From an uncultured Planctomycetia bacterium (GTDB lineage: Bacteria; Omnitrophota; Gorgyraeia; JABMRJ01), in contig CAZKWI010000001.1 in NCBI GenBank assembly GCA_964556455.1, positions 1 through 58,902 on the forward strand: a DNA stretch of 58,902 nt, read 5' to 3'. A model generated the notes under the pieces. That model was not told the origin of the DNA. It saw only the letters and a list, made by a program, of their open reading frames with translations, and made no database searches. The translations under genes were made by a program, and so were the position numbers. Below, piece by piece: positions 6,795 to 18,700 of this stretch. The first letter of the stretch is position 1, and the number at the start of each line of letters is the position of its first letter.

Positions 6795-9700
6795 TTACAT
6801 GGCGCGTTCGACGGCGAGGGTGGATGTGCGGGCTTCGAAGAGTTTCTGGAGCTCGATAGGCATAACGGCCTTTATCTTTAGGTCCGGTAACAGCGCAGCG
6901 ATATCTTTGTAATCTCTCCTGCTGCCGTACAGGTATAATGCCGGTTCGCTGTCTATGGAGATGCTGAGTATGGCTGAGAGCTTGCCGAGTGTGCCCTGAT
7001 CAAGGCCTTCGCCTATTATCCTCAAGCCCATCCTTCTGGCTTTCTTGTCAGATATGTTCTTGCCCATCTCCTGCTCAAGCCTTATCATGAAATCATTCCT
7101 GGCGGACATCGTATCGAGATTGCCGGACTTTGTGCTGAGGAGCATGACGAATTTCCCGAACACTTTAGGCGCATCCAGATGATCCGTTATAAATCCGTTC
7201 ATTGTGGAGGTACCAACCCCTATATTATGCTTTTGTAATTTCGCTATCATATCGGTTACGGTATCGCTCTCGGGTCTCTGGGTGATTATCCTGACTTGTG
7301 TGCTTTCTCCGACGAGATCCGCTATCTCACTGACGGCAAGAGGCGCCTCGAGGAACGTATCCTCTATCACTATCGTTTCATAGGTAAGCGGGCTCTTTTC
7401 CATCTTCTCTGCCGTGATAAACGCCTCTTTGTATTTGTTGTCGTTTACACGGCCGCCTATGATGGTGTCGATAAGACTGGTACGGGACTTCTTCTCAGCG
7501 GGCGGCCTGACCGCGGTCCGCATCAACGGCTTTACGGGCGCGGGCCTGAACAGCTTAATGCCGGGCAAGGCCTTAAGCCGGGTCTTCAGCTTTTGTATAA
7601 ACGTGAATTTATCTTTCTCAGCCGTGTCAATAGCGGCATCACGGGTTATACTGCTTTTCACGGCGCTCATCACTTCCAGCACCACCCTGTCATCCTGCAG
7701 GCTATCGCGCGAGATAACCGGTATCGTATTTACATGCCCTATTTTGGCGTACAGCGCTGTCAGCTCACGGTCGCTCAACTGCCCAAAGCCGTCCCTTATG
7801 ACCGCGATACGCTCTTTCAGCGTTTTAAGCCCTTCTCTTACGCCGTCAGGCATCGGGGCGGTGTAAAGTATCTCGTCTATGGTGCCTATCTCCTCTATGC
7901 CGTCCTTCAGGCGGGCCATCTTGTCATTAAGCCTGGCCACCTTGAAGCTTTCGCCGTCATAATAGAGCTCTTTTATATCGCCATTCGATTCTATTATGTA
8001 TTCGGATACAAACCGCCCGTAGAGCCTTTCTGTGGCGATGGCTGTGGCGGCGTCGCCGAGGAATTTATACCCTTCGCCTGCGGCGGCCGGCTCAGGATGC
8101 GTATGCAGGCTCAATAATACCCCTTCCTTACCGGAGAGGAGGTCCATCAGGTCTTCCGCGCCGTAGGTGAAGGATGTGCTTATATACTCTATCTCACCGG
8201 TCACATCAGAAATCGCTGTAATTGATCCGTCAGAGGTGATGACCTTACCACTGGAGAGAACGACGATCTTGCTCTCCTGTCTCATGCCTTCAGGGCTTCT
8301 GGCGCTTACCATGAACGCCAGCAGGCGCTCTTCCACGTTGTCCCATGCCTCTTCCGGCAGGAATGGCGCTATCTTGCCGAACAAGCGCTCGGTCTGCTTC
8401 GCTATCCTGGGGGTTATGCGCGCAGCTACAGGAGGAGCGGCATGTTTTGCGACAAGAACAGGAACTACTGTGATCTCTTTTATCCCGTCTGCGAACAGCT
8501 CTTCTGCCGCAGCTACAAGCCGGCCCTTCGCCGCGCTGTCCGCGATATAAACATGGAAATCTGCGGTCCTGACCTCTTTCCTGCGCGCAAGTGCATAAGC
8601 CCCTTTATGGTTGCCGTACAACCACTCATCCATTTTCATATGGGAGTAGTCTTTTGTCGTTAAAGATACCTTCCAGCCGCCGTTACGCAGATATTTTTCA
8701 GCGGCATCCGCATCTGTCATTCTCTGCCCCGGCGTCAGGCCAAACTCAATCTCTTTGCCTTCTGCGTCTACGGCATCCGCTTTTACGGGCTTGGTTATTA
8801 CCGGCGGGGCTTCCGGCTCTTCATAGTCAATCACAACGGGCGTACCGTCCTCAAACGTGTCACTAGGCGTATCAGACAGCTCCTCGTCAGCCAAATCCTC
8901 CAAATCAGCGGCCGGCGTAAGCTCGAACCGGCCTCTTCTCCCGCTAGCCAATTCCGCGCCCAGCAGTTCTTCGGCTGCGATCTTATTCTCCGTAGCCGTC
9001 GATGTGCGGGCGGTTCCGGCGTGCGGCTCGGATATCGTCGCTGTGCGGGCGGATGCCGCGGCCGATTCAGGCGCTCCGGCCTCAACCTCGGCCGCCGGCG
9101 TTCCATGCCTTGGCCTTCTCCTCGGCGTCTCTTTTCTCCAGCCGAGCCACGTCTCACGTCCCGTAGACCCGGTTTCAAGCCTTTTGCCTTCCGCATCGTA
9201 GAGGGTTTCGCTCGTCCCGCGCTCCGCGGGTTCGCCTTCAAGCCTTCTGCCATCGCCATCATACAGGCCTTCCCATTCTCCTTCCGGCCTCTCGGCGTAT
9301 TCGTGTGTCCCATCAGGTTCAACCGATGCAGCGCCAGGCATGATAACAGGCGATGGCGGGGTTGTGCCTGTCTCTGCCTCTCTGGCCTCCAGCGCTCTTC
9401 TCAGCCTATCTAACACTTCATCAAAGTCGAGATCGGTGTCTTCTTCTTCCGCTGTTTCCGCAGAAACAGTCTCTTCTACCTCCGCCTCGGCCGGAGCGAC
9501 TTCGGCTTCGGTCGCCTTCCTCGGCTCTGCAGTCACCCAGTCGAGCCATGTCTTCTGCCCCATGAACATGCTTTCAGGGCTCTCGCCTTTAGGGTCATAT
9601 GGCGTATCCCATTTTTCATCGGACTTCTTCAGATACTCACCTACCTTTTCAAATCCTGACGCGTCGTCATGTTCTATGAGCTGCTGCATCGGGTCGGTGC

Positions 9701-12700
9701 CGCTTACCATGCCGTCTATGAACTCCTTGAATAATGGCCTTGCTTCTTCCTTTGTCCTCGGAAGCCGCTTCTCCATGAATTCATCGAGCTTGCCCGCGGC
9801 GTCAACAAGCTTCGCAAATACACCTTCGGCGTATACGCTGAACATATCGCTGGCTTTATCATAAGCTCCGGCACCCTCTCCCCAGGCAAGCGGATTGAGG
9901 CCCAGCGTGTACTCGCAAGCTTCGTGTACGAACTGGCTCATGAAGAAATCCATGCCTGACCTCACTATAGAGTCCCTGCTCGCTGTATTTAAATACAATG
10001 TACTGTCGTTATCAAAAGTGGTAAACGGCACTCTGTTAAACCTCTCTTCTTTCTTACGCTGGCCCTCAAAGCGATGGTCCGCTTTTTCCGTGGCGAAGTT
10101 AACCCACTTCAGGGACATCCTTGAAAGCCCTATAAGCGCCCTGTCCAATAACTCTTTCTGGTAATCAGGCAGCAGGCCGCTTGCGAATTTCTGTATGTAT
10201 TTGCGGACACCTGCTATCGCCCTGCGTTTTAATTCATAGGGTTCCATAGCCGATATGTCATCGCTCAATTCATAACTGTGCCTCGTGACCCCGGTGAATA
10301 CCTCATTCGTAGGCACACGGCCGGAGTCTTCCATTACCCTTATTATAATTTCGGCATTCTCTTCCGGGGTGCTGCCCGTAAGTTTAGCGCCGAGCTTAAG
10401 CTCTATGCTGCTCTGGAGCTCGGGTGTCATATTTTCAAGCATGCTCATCGAACCGCCTATGAGCCACTCTTCCGTAATGGTTCTCCTGGCCAGCGCATAG
10501 AGTGTCTCTATCTTTGTATCATTCCTCTCTTCTTCGTCCATCGCCTCTGCCAGCTCTGCCATCTTCTGCGCCTCTTCAGGGGTAGCGACCTCTTTCGAGC
10601 CGTCAGGCCTGACGAACGCCAGGCGCCTCAATACAGTCTGCGGCGCAACTTCGAGCTCTTCGGCCCTCTGGATCACCTCTGCCAATGATGCGGACCTTTC
10701 TTCTCCTTCTGCGACAAGGCCGCCAAGGTCGATCTCGGCTTCGAGGTCATCCGTCCTGTCGAGGAGGGCCTGGGCACGCTGGAGGAGATCGCCCATACCG
10801 GCCTCTTCGGCGTTCCTCGCGAGCTGATCCATCTCTCCGGCTATGCTCTCATCAAACTCTCCGGTCCCTTCAAGATACGCCCTGCATCTGGAGGCCATGG
10901 CGTAGAAGACCGATCCCAGGAGTCTCATGTGGGCCGCTTCCTCTTCTGAGAGCGATTCATCATCCGCATTAGCAAAGAGGGCGTTGCCCCTGTCTACCAG
11001 AGATCTCGTGAGGGTATTTAATCTCTCCACGGCCCTGCGCCTCAATCCTGCGGTTGGCGTTTCCTCGATAGCATCTATAATTCCGTCGAAGTTATCCATC
11101 TCAGCCAGGAGCCTTCCGGAAAGGGCTACCACTGTCTCCATCGCCCTGTATGCGGCATAATTCATACGGCCGTCTACATTGATGGCATCCTCGTATAAAC
11201 CGGTTGCCCTCCAGAGCGCAAGGAAACGCTCTGATATATTCTGCAGGCGCCCATCTATATCCGTGTCCCGTTCCTCCGCCTCCAGGGCCTCTGCCCTCTG
11301 GATAAGACTGTCTGCCTCCCTTGCATTATCTTCTGCAGTCTGCTTCTCTGCCAGGTCGGTAATTGCGCCTTTTCTTGCGGCATCTATCTCTGCCTGCCTA
11401 TCCTCACTAAGCAGTCCGTCTTCGGCTATAGCCTCAGCCGCTCTCAGGTGCTCTTCTGCTCTATTAGTATTGCCCCTGTTTGTATGGGCAGTCGCCATCG
11501 CAATGTGCATGTCGTAAAGCTCTTTCGAGGCCTCTGTCAATTCGACATCTGTCTCCGAAGACTTCGCTATCGCAGGCGCCAGGTTTTCATTTATCTCGTC
11601 AACGAATCCGGCGGCTGTATTATTTATATCTTCCGTATTGTATATACGAGGTATCAGGGATCTGCCCACATTGAGCCAGAGCAGTATCCTCACATAGAAG
11701 GCCTTCCTCTTCACATCTCCGCAGAACCTGTCGATCTCGCCCACGAGCCCTCTATCAAAGGCTTCGTGTTCACTCGTAGCCTCAGCGCCGGCAGCTTCGG
11801 TTATCCTGTCAAGCGCAACAACGTTCAACTGTGCCATTGTGAATCTCGCCATGGAGACCAGCGCTTCCACTTCGCGGCGGCCGCTTTCGCTCACAGTAGC
11901 GTCACTTTCAAGGCGTTCTATAGCGGTTGCCTCTATTCTCCCAACAATAGCCTCTGCATGGTCTCTTGCGCCTCTGGCGTGGTTCAGCCTCTCATCGTCA
12001 TCTACATCCTCGCCCAGCATGTCTCTCAGCCCGGCAATATCTTCGAATATCCTGCTGTCGGTACTCCTGTCGAGTAAGCCCATAGCAACCATGGCGTCCA
12101 CAAGCTCTTCTATCGTATTCACATCCGCCGTAGTAACTTCCGCCAGGGCGATCTCAGCTTCAAGAGTATGGGCGCTCAGTGATGCCGCCTCTTCGTCTCT
12201 CGTATCCATCGCCTCATCGTACGAGGCCTCTTTCCCACCAAGGAGGACTTCCGCCTGCCATAAGTCTCCGGAGGCGATGAGGGCGTTTATCCTTCCGTCT
12301 TGAGCCTTGTCGCTTTCAGGATCTATCGTTAAGACTTCCCTGTCTACCCTTGCGGCATCGGCATGGCGTCCGGCCTCGCTGTATTTTCCGCCTATCTCGA
12401 GATACTCCTCTGCCGCCTTTTCATCACCTTCCTGGGCGCGGGTTATCCTTGCGCGGATTTCAAGGGCTTCAATGCGGCTGCCATCAGCTTCGATAGCCTT
12501 GTCACAGAGTCCCGTTATCCTGGCTGAGGTCTCTTCATCCAGGCTGCCCCTGCGCTCCAGGCAGGAGGCAAGGTTTATATAGGCATCCGCTGTCTCTGTG
12601 CCGTGGTCGATCGCCCTCTGGTAATTATCTGCCGCAAGACCGTAGACGCCCATAGATTCATAAGAACTCGCAAGACCGTAATATGCCCTTGCCATCTCGC

Positions 12701-15700
12701 CTTCATTTGCAAAGTTGCCGTATTCCAGCGCCCTAAGGAAGCTTTCGCATGCTCCTGCGTAGTCGCCGTTATCGAGCATGGCGTATCCGTCCGAGAGGCG
12801 GAATTCGCTGTCCTTTATACCTTCCGGCCTCAACTCATGAATACGCCTTATATAATCGATGGCCTCGGCGTTTGCGCTGTCAGATCCTAATACCATTCTG
12901 AATTCCTCAAGGGCCTCCCTGTATCTTCTGCCATCGAAGTGCAGTTTTCCTAATACAAGGTGCGCAGGCGCAAAGTCTTTATCCAGCGCAACGGCCGCAC
13001 CGGCTTCCCGCCGGGCCATATTGTCATGGCCCTGTTCCATATGGACATTCGCAAGGGCGACGTGTGCCTCTTTGGACTTTCTGTCAAACTGTATGGCCTC
13101 TTCGAGATACTCTATAGCCCTCCTGGGATGTCCGGCCTCGTTGTATAGCTCTGCTATGCTGACATAGATGTCTGCAGACGGGTTGAGCGTATATTCACGC
13201 CTCAGGAGGCCGACTCTAAGCTCTAATGTATCTTCACCGGATAAGGGCGGCATGCTGTTTATGAGGGTATCTATCCTCGCGGAATCATTATTTTCATTTA
13301 CAAAGTCCGGATTGGTGACTGTAATATTTCTCAGGGCTACTGTCAGCCTGTTTCTCTGCTCAGGAGACAGCCTGCCTAAGAGATCTTCTTCCTTTCTTGT
13401 GGCCGGTCTTCCTGTAATAGAGATTAACCGCGTCATCTCTCCCAGGATATCCGTGGACCCGAACTCTACATTGGTGTTGTCGGTCTTGAGTATGCTTACA
13501 GCGGTGACCTTGAGCGCTTTTAGCAGTCCGTTGAGGACGAGCATCTCCTCTACGGGGCTCAGGGTTCCGTCTTCCGCAAGCTCGACGAATTTTTTTAATT
13601 GCGCGGTCGTCTCTTCCTCTTTTGTCGCCCTGTCGAACCTCTGCTCAAATGAATCGGCGCCGGCTTCTGTGAAGTCTGTCAGCCTGGTTATAACCGAGCG
13701 CTCCCTGGCAGTCTCAAGGTCTGCTTCGCCGTCGGGTTCGTCATACGTATCGAGCCTTGCTGTTACTTCCTCTGTGAGTACAGTATCTACATCTATCGTT
13801 ACCGCATCATTTTCTCTCAAACTCTTTACTAGCAATCCGCCGTTCTCGGCCTCGCTGGCAGTCACTTTATCATCACTGAAGATGCCGTGTATGAGCCTTC
13901 GCGCAGCGGGCTCTTCTATCATATCGCTCTCTGCTACCAGCTTAAGTCCTTCCCAAGCGTTTGTGAATTCCATGCTCGTTCCTTCATCGGTAGCGCGCAT
14001 AACAGCCGTGTATTGCGGGATCGCCTCTTCCAGGCGTCCGGCCTTTCTTAGCGTATCGCCGAGCTTGACCCTCGATTCGAAATCGAGCGGGTTGCAGATG
14101 ACGGTGTCTCTGAGATGGTCTACAGCCATCGATACGGGCGATATGGTCTCTCCTATCGTTATGCCCATACCTTCCGCCTTACCCCTCAGCCACCGGAGAT
14201 CCGCCTGCACAGTCTCATCTGCCGCTACACCCAGGCGTTCCAACTCGCCATTATAATAAGAAGCCGCGTTAACGAGAATCTCCAATGCCCGGGCAACGGC
14301 ATCCTGTTCTTCGCCGGAGACCCATACACTTAAGAGCTCTCTCGCGTTCTCTACGGTATTCCTCAGGAGATCGGCAAGCTTATCCGTCTTTACTTTGATC
14401 TCGTCTTCTATCGATGCCGAAGGCATTGCAAAGAGCCCCAGGGTCTCCAGCTGGCTCTCCTTCTTATCCTCGAGTATCCTTATCTGCGTAAGTACTGCCT
14501 CCGCCTCTTCAGCATGGACGAGGAGGTGCGCTTCCGCCGCAGCAAGGCTCACCTTCGAATACTTCTCATCCTCTTCATGGCAGCGGCCTACAGCCAGTTT
14601 CACAAGCAACCTCTCCGCTATATCGCCTTCCTCGAGCCCCTCTGCGTATTCATCGTATTTCTCTATGGCCTCACCGTACTTCTCCTCTATCTCAAGCGCG
14701 CGTGCGCTATAATATAGGCCTCTTCCTTCTGTATCCTTTTCAAATGTGCCGAGCTCTTCCAGGAGGCCTTCTGTCTCTTCGAGCGACTTCTTAAGCTCTT
14801 CTATTTCTTCGTCGAACCCTGTCTCCGCTCTATCGTCAGCAACGATCCCTTCTTTAGTCTCCAGTTCCTCTATATAGTGCATGGTGGCCACTTCTGTATC
14901 TATGAGCGCTGTGTCTTCTCTTTCAGAAACGAGATCTTCGCGCTCCTGCCTTAAGTCCTGCAGGGCTTCCTGCCGCGCCTCTTCTATCTCTTTCTCAGCA
15001 GCTGTCTCAGCGCGTCCCGGGATAAAGAGCGATTCCCTCTCTTCTACCAGTTCCGCGATCTCTCTATCGAGCCTGGCAATTCTCCGTCTTAACGACCTGG
15101 CCCTAAGGGCCCTAATAGGCCTCATTCGCGATACGGGTCCGGCATTCCCTAAAATAGCCCTTATTACCCGGTGGCCTTCCGCTAGTGAGGCTACCGCTCC
15201 ATTGTCGAATAATTTTTCTGCGAGATCGCTCTTCCTGTCTACATAATCTTTCCATCCTTCTCTAGGACGTCGTAGTTCCGTTTCCACTCCTTCATAATAA
15301 TCCTCGTCAACCACATATCCCCGGACGCGGGCCCTGCGCTCCCTGATATCCAGGCTCAATTCAATAAGCTCGTCTATCTCCTCGCCCAAGCCAAGCTGCC
15401 TGAGAACCTGTATGCCCTCGAGCGCTGTCAATTCAAGGGCCAGCTCTTCTCTCTCATTCATCCTGTTTCCTATGACCGCGTCTTCTTCGGCCGTTATCCT
15501 CTCTATATCTTCAGTCTTCTCATCCGCAAGGGCCATAAGCCCTTCGATCCTCTCATCCAGCTCCCTTATCTTCCTGTCGAGCTCAGCCAGTGAATCGGCC
15601 CTCGCGGTCAATTCCGCTGTCTTGGTCTCCCTTTCGGTCTTAAGCGCCTCTGCCTCTCTGTCGAAGACCTCGAGCGCCTCTTCCTTTTCACTTATCTCCG

Positions 15701-18700
15701 CCCTGATGCGCTCTGCCTCGGCATTCAGCTCTTCCTTCCTCTCTTTTGTAAGCGAGCTGTCGGCCAGGGTCCTGTACGCAAATACTCTCGACCTGTTAGA
15801 ATTATTCTCATCCTGGGCGAATCTCAGGAGATCTCCTGTCTCAGGATGCCGGCATGCCCCAAATAGTGCGTTCGTCTCCTCTGCGCCCGCATCTTTAAGC
15901 CTCTCAACCCAGGTAACCTTCTCTTCGCCAGCCTTTGTGCGCTCTGCTTCAAGCTCGCTCTTCTTCTTGTCCAGCTCTTCGATCTGGCTCGTGAACTGCT
16001 TAGCCATATCTTCGTTGCCGTACATAGAGGCCATCTGGACCATTTGCTCCATCTGCTCTTTCTGCTTCTCAACGCCGGAGATCTCTTCGGTTATCTCGTC
16101 TCCGCGGCCAAGGACTATAACAACCGCGTCATTGTTACCGAGCACGGCTGCGGCGACCAGCATCTCATCCGAGCGCGCCTTCTGCGACTTACCATATCTT
16201 GCGGCCACCATACCGGAGATCCAGTTCCACAGCATGGCCGCCGGCGCTGCTATCAGTCCGCGGACGGACTTTCTCTCTTTCTTCTCTTCTGTCTTTTTCA
16301 GCTTCCTGAGCAAGCCCATCGCTAACGGAGAACTTGCGGTAAACATCAGGGCCTTGGTTGAGACCGCGGCAGCTGCCAGCCACACGATCCAGGAGGCCAC
16401 AGTGACCCCTACAAAAGGACTCAACACCGCTGCGATACCAAGGAGAACGAAGCTTATTCCGACAGCGAGGGCGACGCGCGCGCCTATTTCCAGCACACCC
16501 TGCGCGATCTTCATCTTGCCCCATTCCTCCGTAATCTTACTCTTTATCCAGCTGGCTATCTCACCGAGCACTCCAATCTGGGAGAGCAACACCAGGAGCT
16601 CGCCCTTCATATCTGTATTACCTCTCATGTTGCAGGATGAGAGCGCGCGCCTGTAAGCGGCGGCTGCCCTCCATGTTTCGTTCTTTGAGCTGTGCGCCTT
16701 ACCGAGCGCGTATTCTATATCCTCCGGGGCCCAATGCTCTATACCTCCAAGCTCTACATTGACGCCTTCGCGCGTTATAAGGTGCAGTGCCTCTATGATC
16801 TCCTCATTCAATTCTCTCATAAGGCTATCAAGGGCGCGGTTCGTTTCGTCCTCGGTGTCGAGGTTTCTTGCTATATCCGCAAGCTCTGCTGCTGCGCGCG
16901 CCTGCGCGGCTTCATCATCGCTGTTCCGCAGGTCGTTCACCAGGCCGCGTGATCTCTCCTGTATCTCTGCGTCTGCTTCTTCAAAGGCCTCCGGTATCTC
17001 GCGCCATGTCCAGATGAAGTCCTTTGTCCTCTCTTCGCGCTCTTCTTTTCTCGCCTTCTTGCCGGCATTCTTGAATATGAATTCTATCAGCGTAAATAAC
17101 GCGCGGCGCCACCAGCTCCTGCCGGGCACCTCTACCACGCTCACATCCGATATGAGGCGGCGCTCCCTGAGATCGTTCATGAACTCCTCGGCAGTGAGCC
17201 CTCTGTCGCCTACGGTTATATTCCCGTCAACATCTATGTGGACTTTGGGTTTTTCAGCAAGCCCGGATACCGTCCTGTCTTTACCGTCAAGCAGAGTGGC
17301 TTCATCGCCTGTGAGCGGAGTGAATACCTTCACGTCGTCGTCCGTATCGACGAACCCTATCTTCTGGCCTTCGATCTCGACGATGCCCTTCTCCTTGCCG
17401 GCGCTCTCATCGAGAAGCCGGTTTACACCGGCCTGTGACAGGTCATCATTCTCGTTATTGAGGCCTATGAGGCATCGGCCCAGATCATCGGTATCGTTTA
17501 AGAGCATAACGAAGAGTTCGCCTTCGCCGGAAGCGGAGCCTTCATCCTGGGCAAAGCCTACTATTACCACGTCTTCTCTCGTCCGCAGCTGCGGGTTCTC
17601 ATCGAGGAATCTATTGAGCTGGTCCCTGCGTCTCTGTGACAGGCTGCCGAGCTCGACAGGCTCTGCCTCTGCTTCGTCGGCTTCATCAGAGATGGCTTCT
17701 GTCCCGGGCGCTATAGCAAGAGATGGTCCCGTGCCGTATCTCTCATCCCACTCTGCTGCGACATCATCATACACCCTTCTTGCGTTTCGCCTCAATTTAT
17801 ACGCGGAGGCGGACTCATCCACCTGCGTCTCTAACCAGTCTAATATACCGTCCATATCACCAGCCTCCGGGAACTCCTGGTCCGATTCAGGCTGCTCAAT
17901 CGCAAGGCTGTCGAGCGTTGCAGCGCCTTCGTCAGACCTGACAGCGGCCCTGGTGACCGTCTCTGCAGGCGTCTCTGCTTCAGTCCTCCTACCGTATTTA
18001 CCCTGCCATACGCCTGACAACCTGCCCAGCGTCTCCCATGAGGACCCATGGTCGAGCGCTGCCAGATCTACCAGGTAAGAGAGGGCTATCCATGTACTCC
18101 TTGCCCTTACAGTATCGCCCTTGGCATCGACAATCGATCCCAGTTCAGCCAGCTCTTCTTCCAGCTTCCTGTCATCGCTGAAACCAAACCCACTCTTCCT
18201 CTTTCCGTGGACATCCTCATGCGCGGCGACCATCCTCTCGAATAACGCGATCCTGCTTGCGTCACTCAAGCCGCGGACGCCCTTTGCCACCAGTCCTTTT
18301 GAAATCGCAGAGACGCGCCTGCGCTGTTCGGGTGTAAGTCTTTCCGACATAAGTGCGAGATCTACAGGCCTTTCTTCACCCGCGGAGACAGGCTTCAGCC
18401 CGGCTTCATCATGGACCCTGATGTTATCGCATGATATCACGACATAGTCGCCTTCGACCTTCGGGCACCAGCCCATCGCGCCGCGGACCGGGCCATCGCC
18501 CATCTGTATCACATAGAGCTTCTTCATCGGGCCTTCTTCGACGACCTCCAGTATCTGGTAGAGGACTATCATCTGCGCGTCTTCATCCAACAAGAGCTCG
18601 TGGGAGGTTATGTCGTCGCCTTCATCGGCCACAAATCCTCTATCAACGAGGAATTCCCTGTTCAGCTTATTCATCGCCTGTATAACCATATCACGCGCGG

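Noticed and set aside
8831-9322. Minus-strand ORFs out of phase with the giant ORF (8831..9322 of 163 aa, 54061..54501 of 146 aa, 16189..16524, 29194..29499 and others).
   Set aside because: They are embedded in the giant ORF in another phase. Their translations are R/P/G-rich junk typical of off-frame reading of GC-rich coding DNA.
9912-9926. FVHEACEYTLG in the giant protein (aa 16,307-16,311) as a third zincin site.
   Set aside because: The motif is HExxE, not HExxH. The preceding context looks zincin-like, but I cannot support a metal site from sequence alone. It may be a degenerate or inactive relic.
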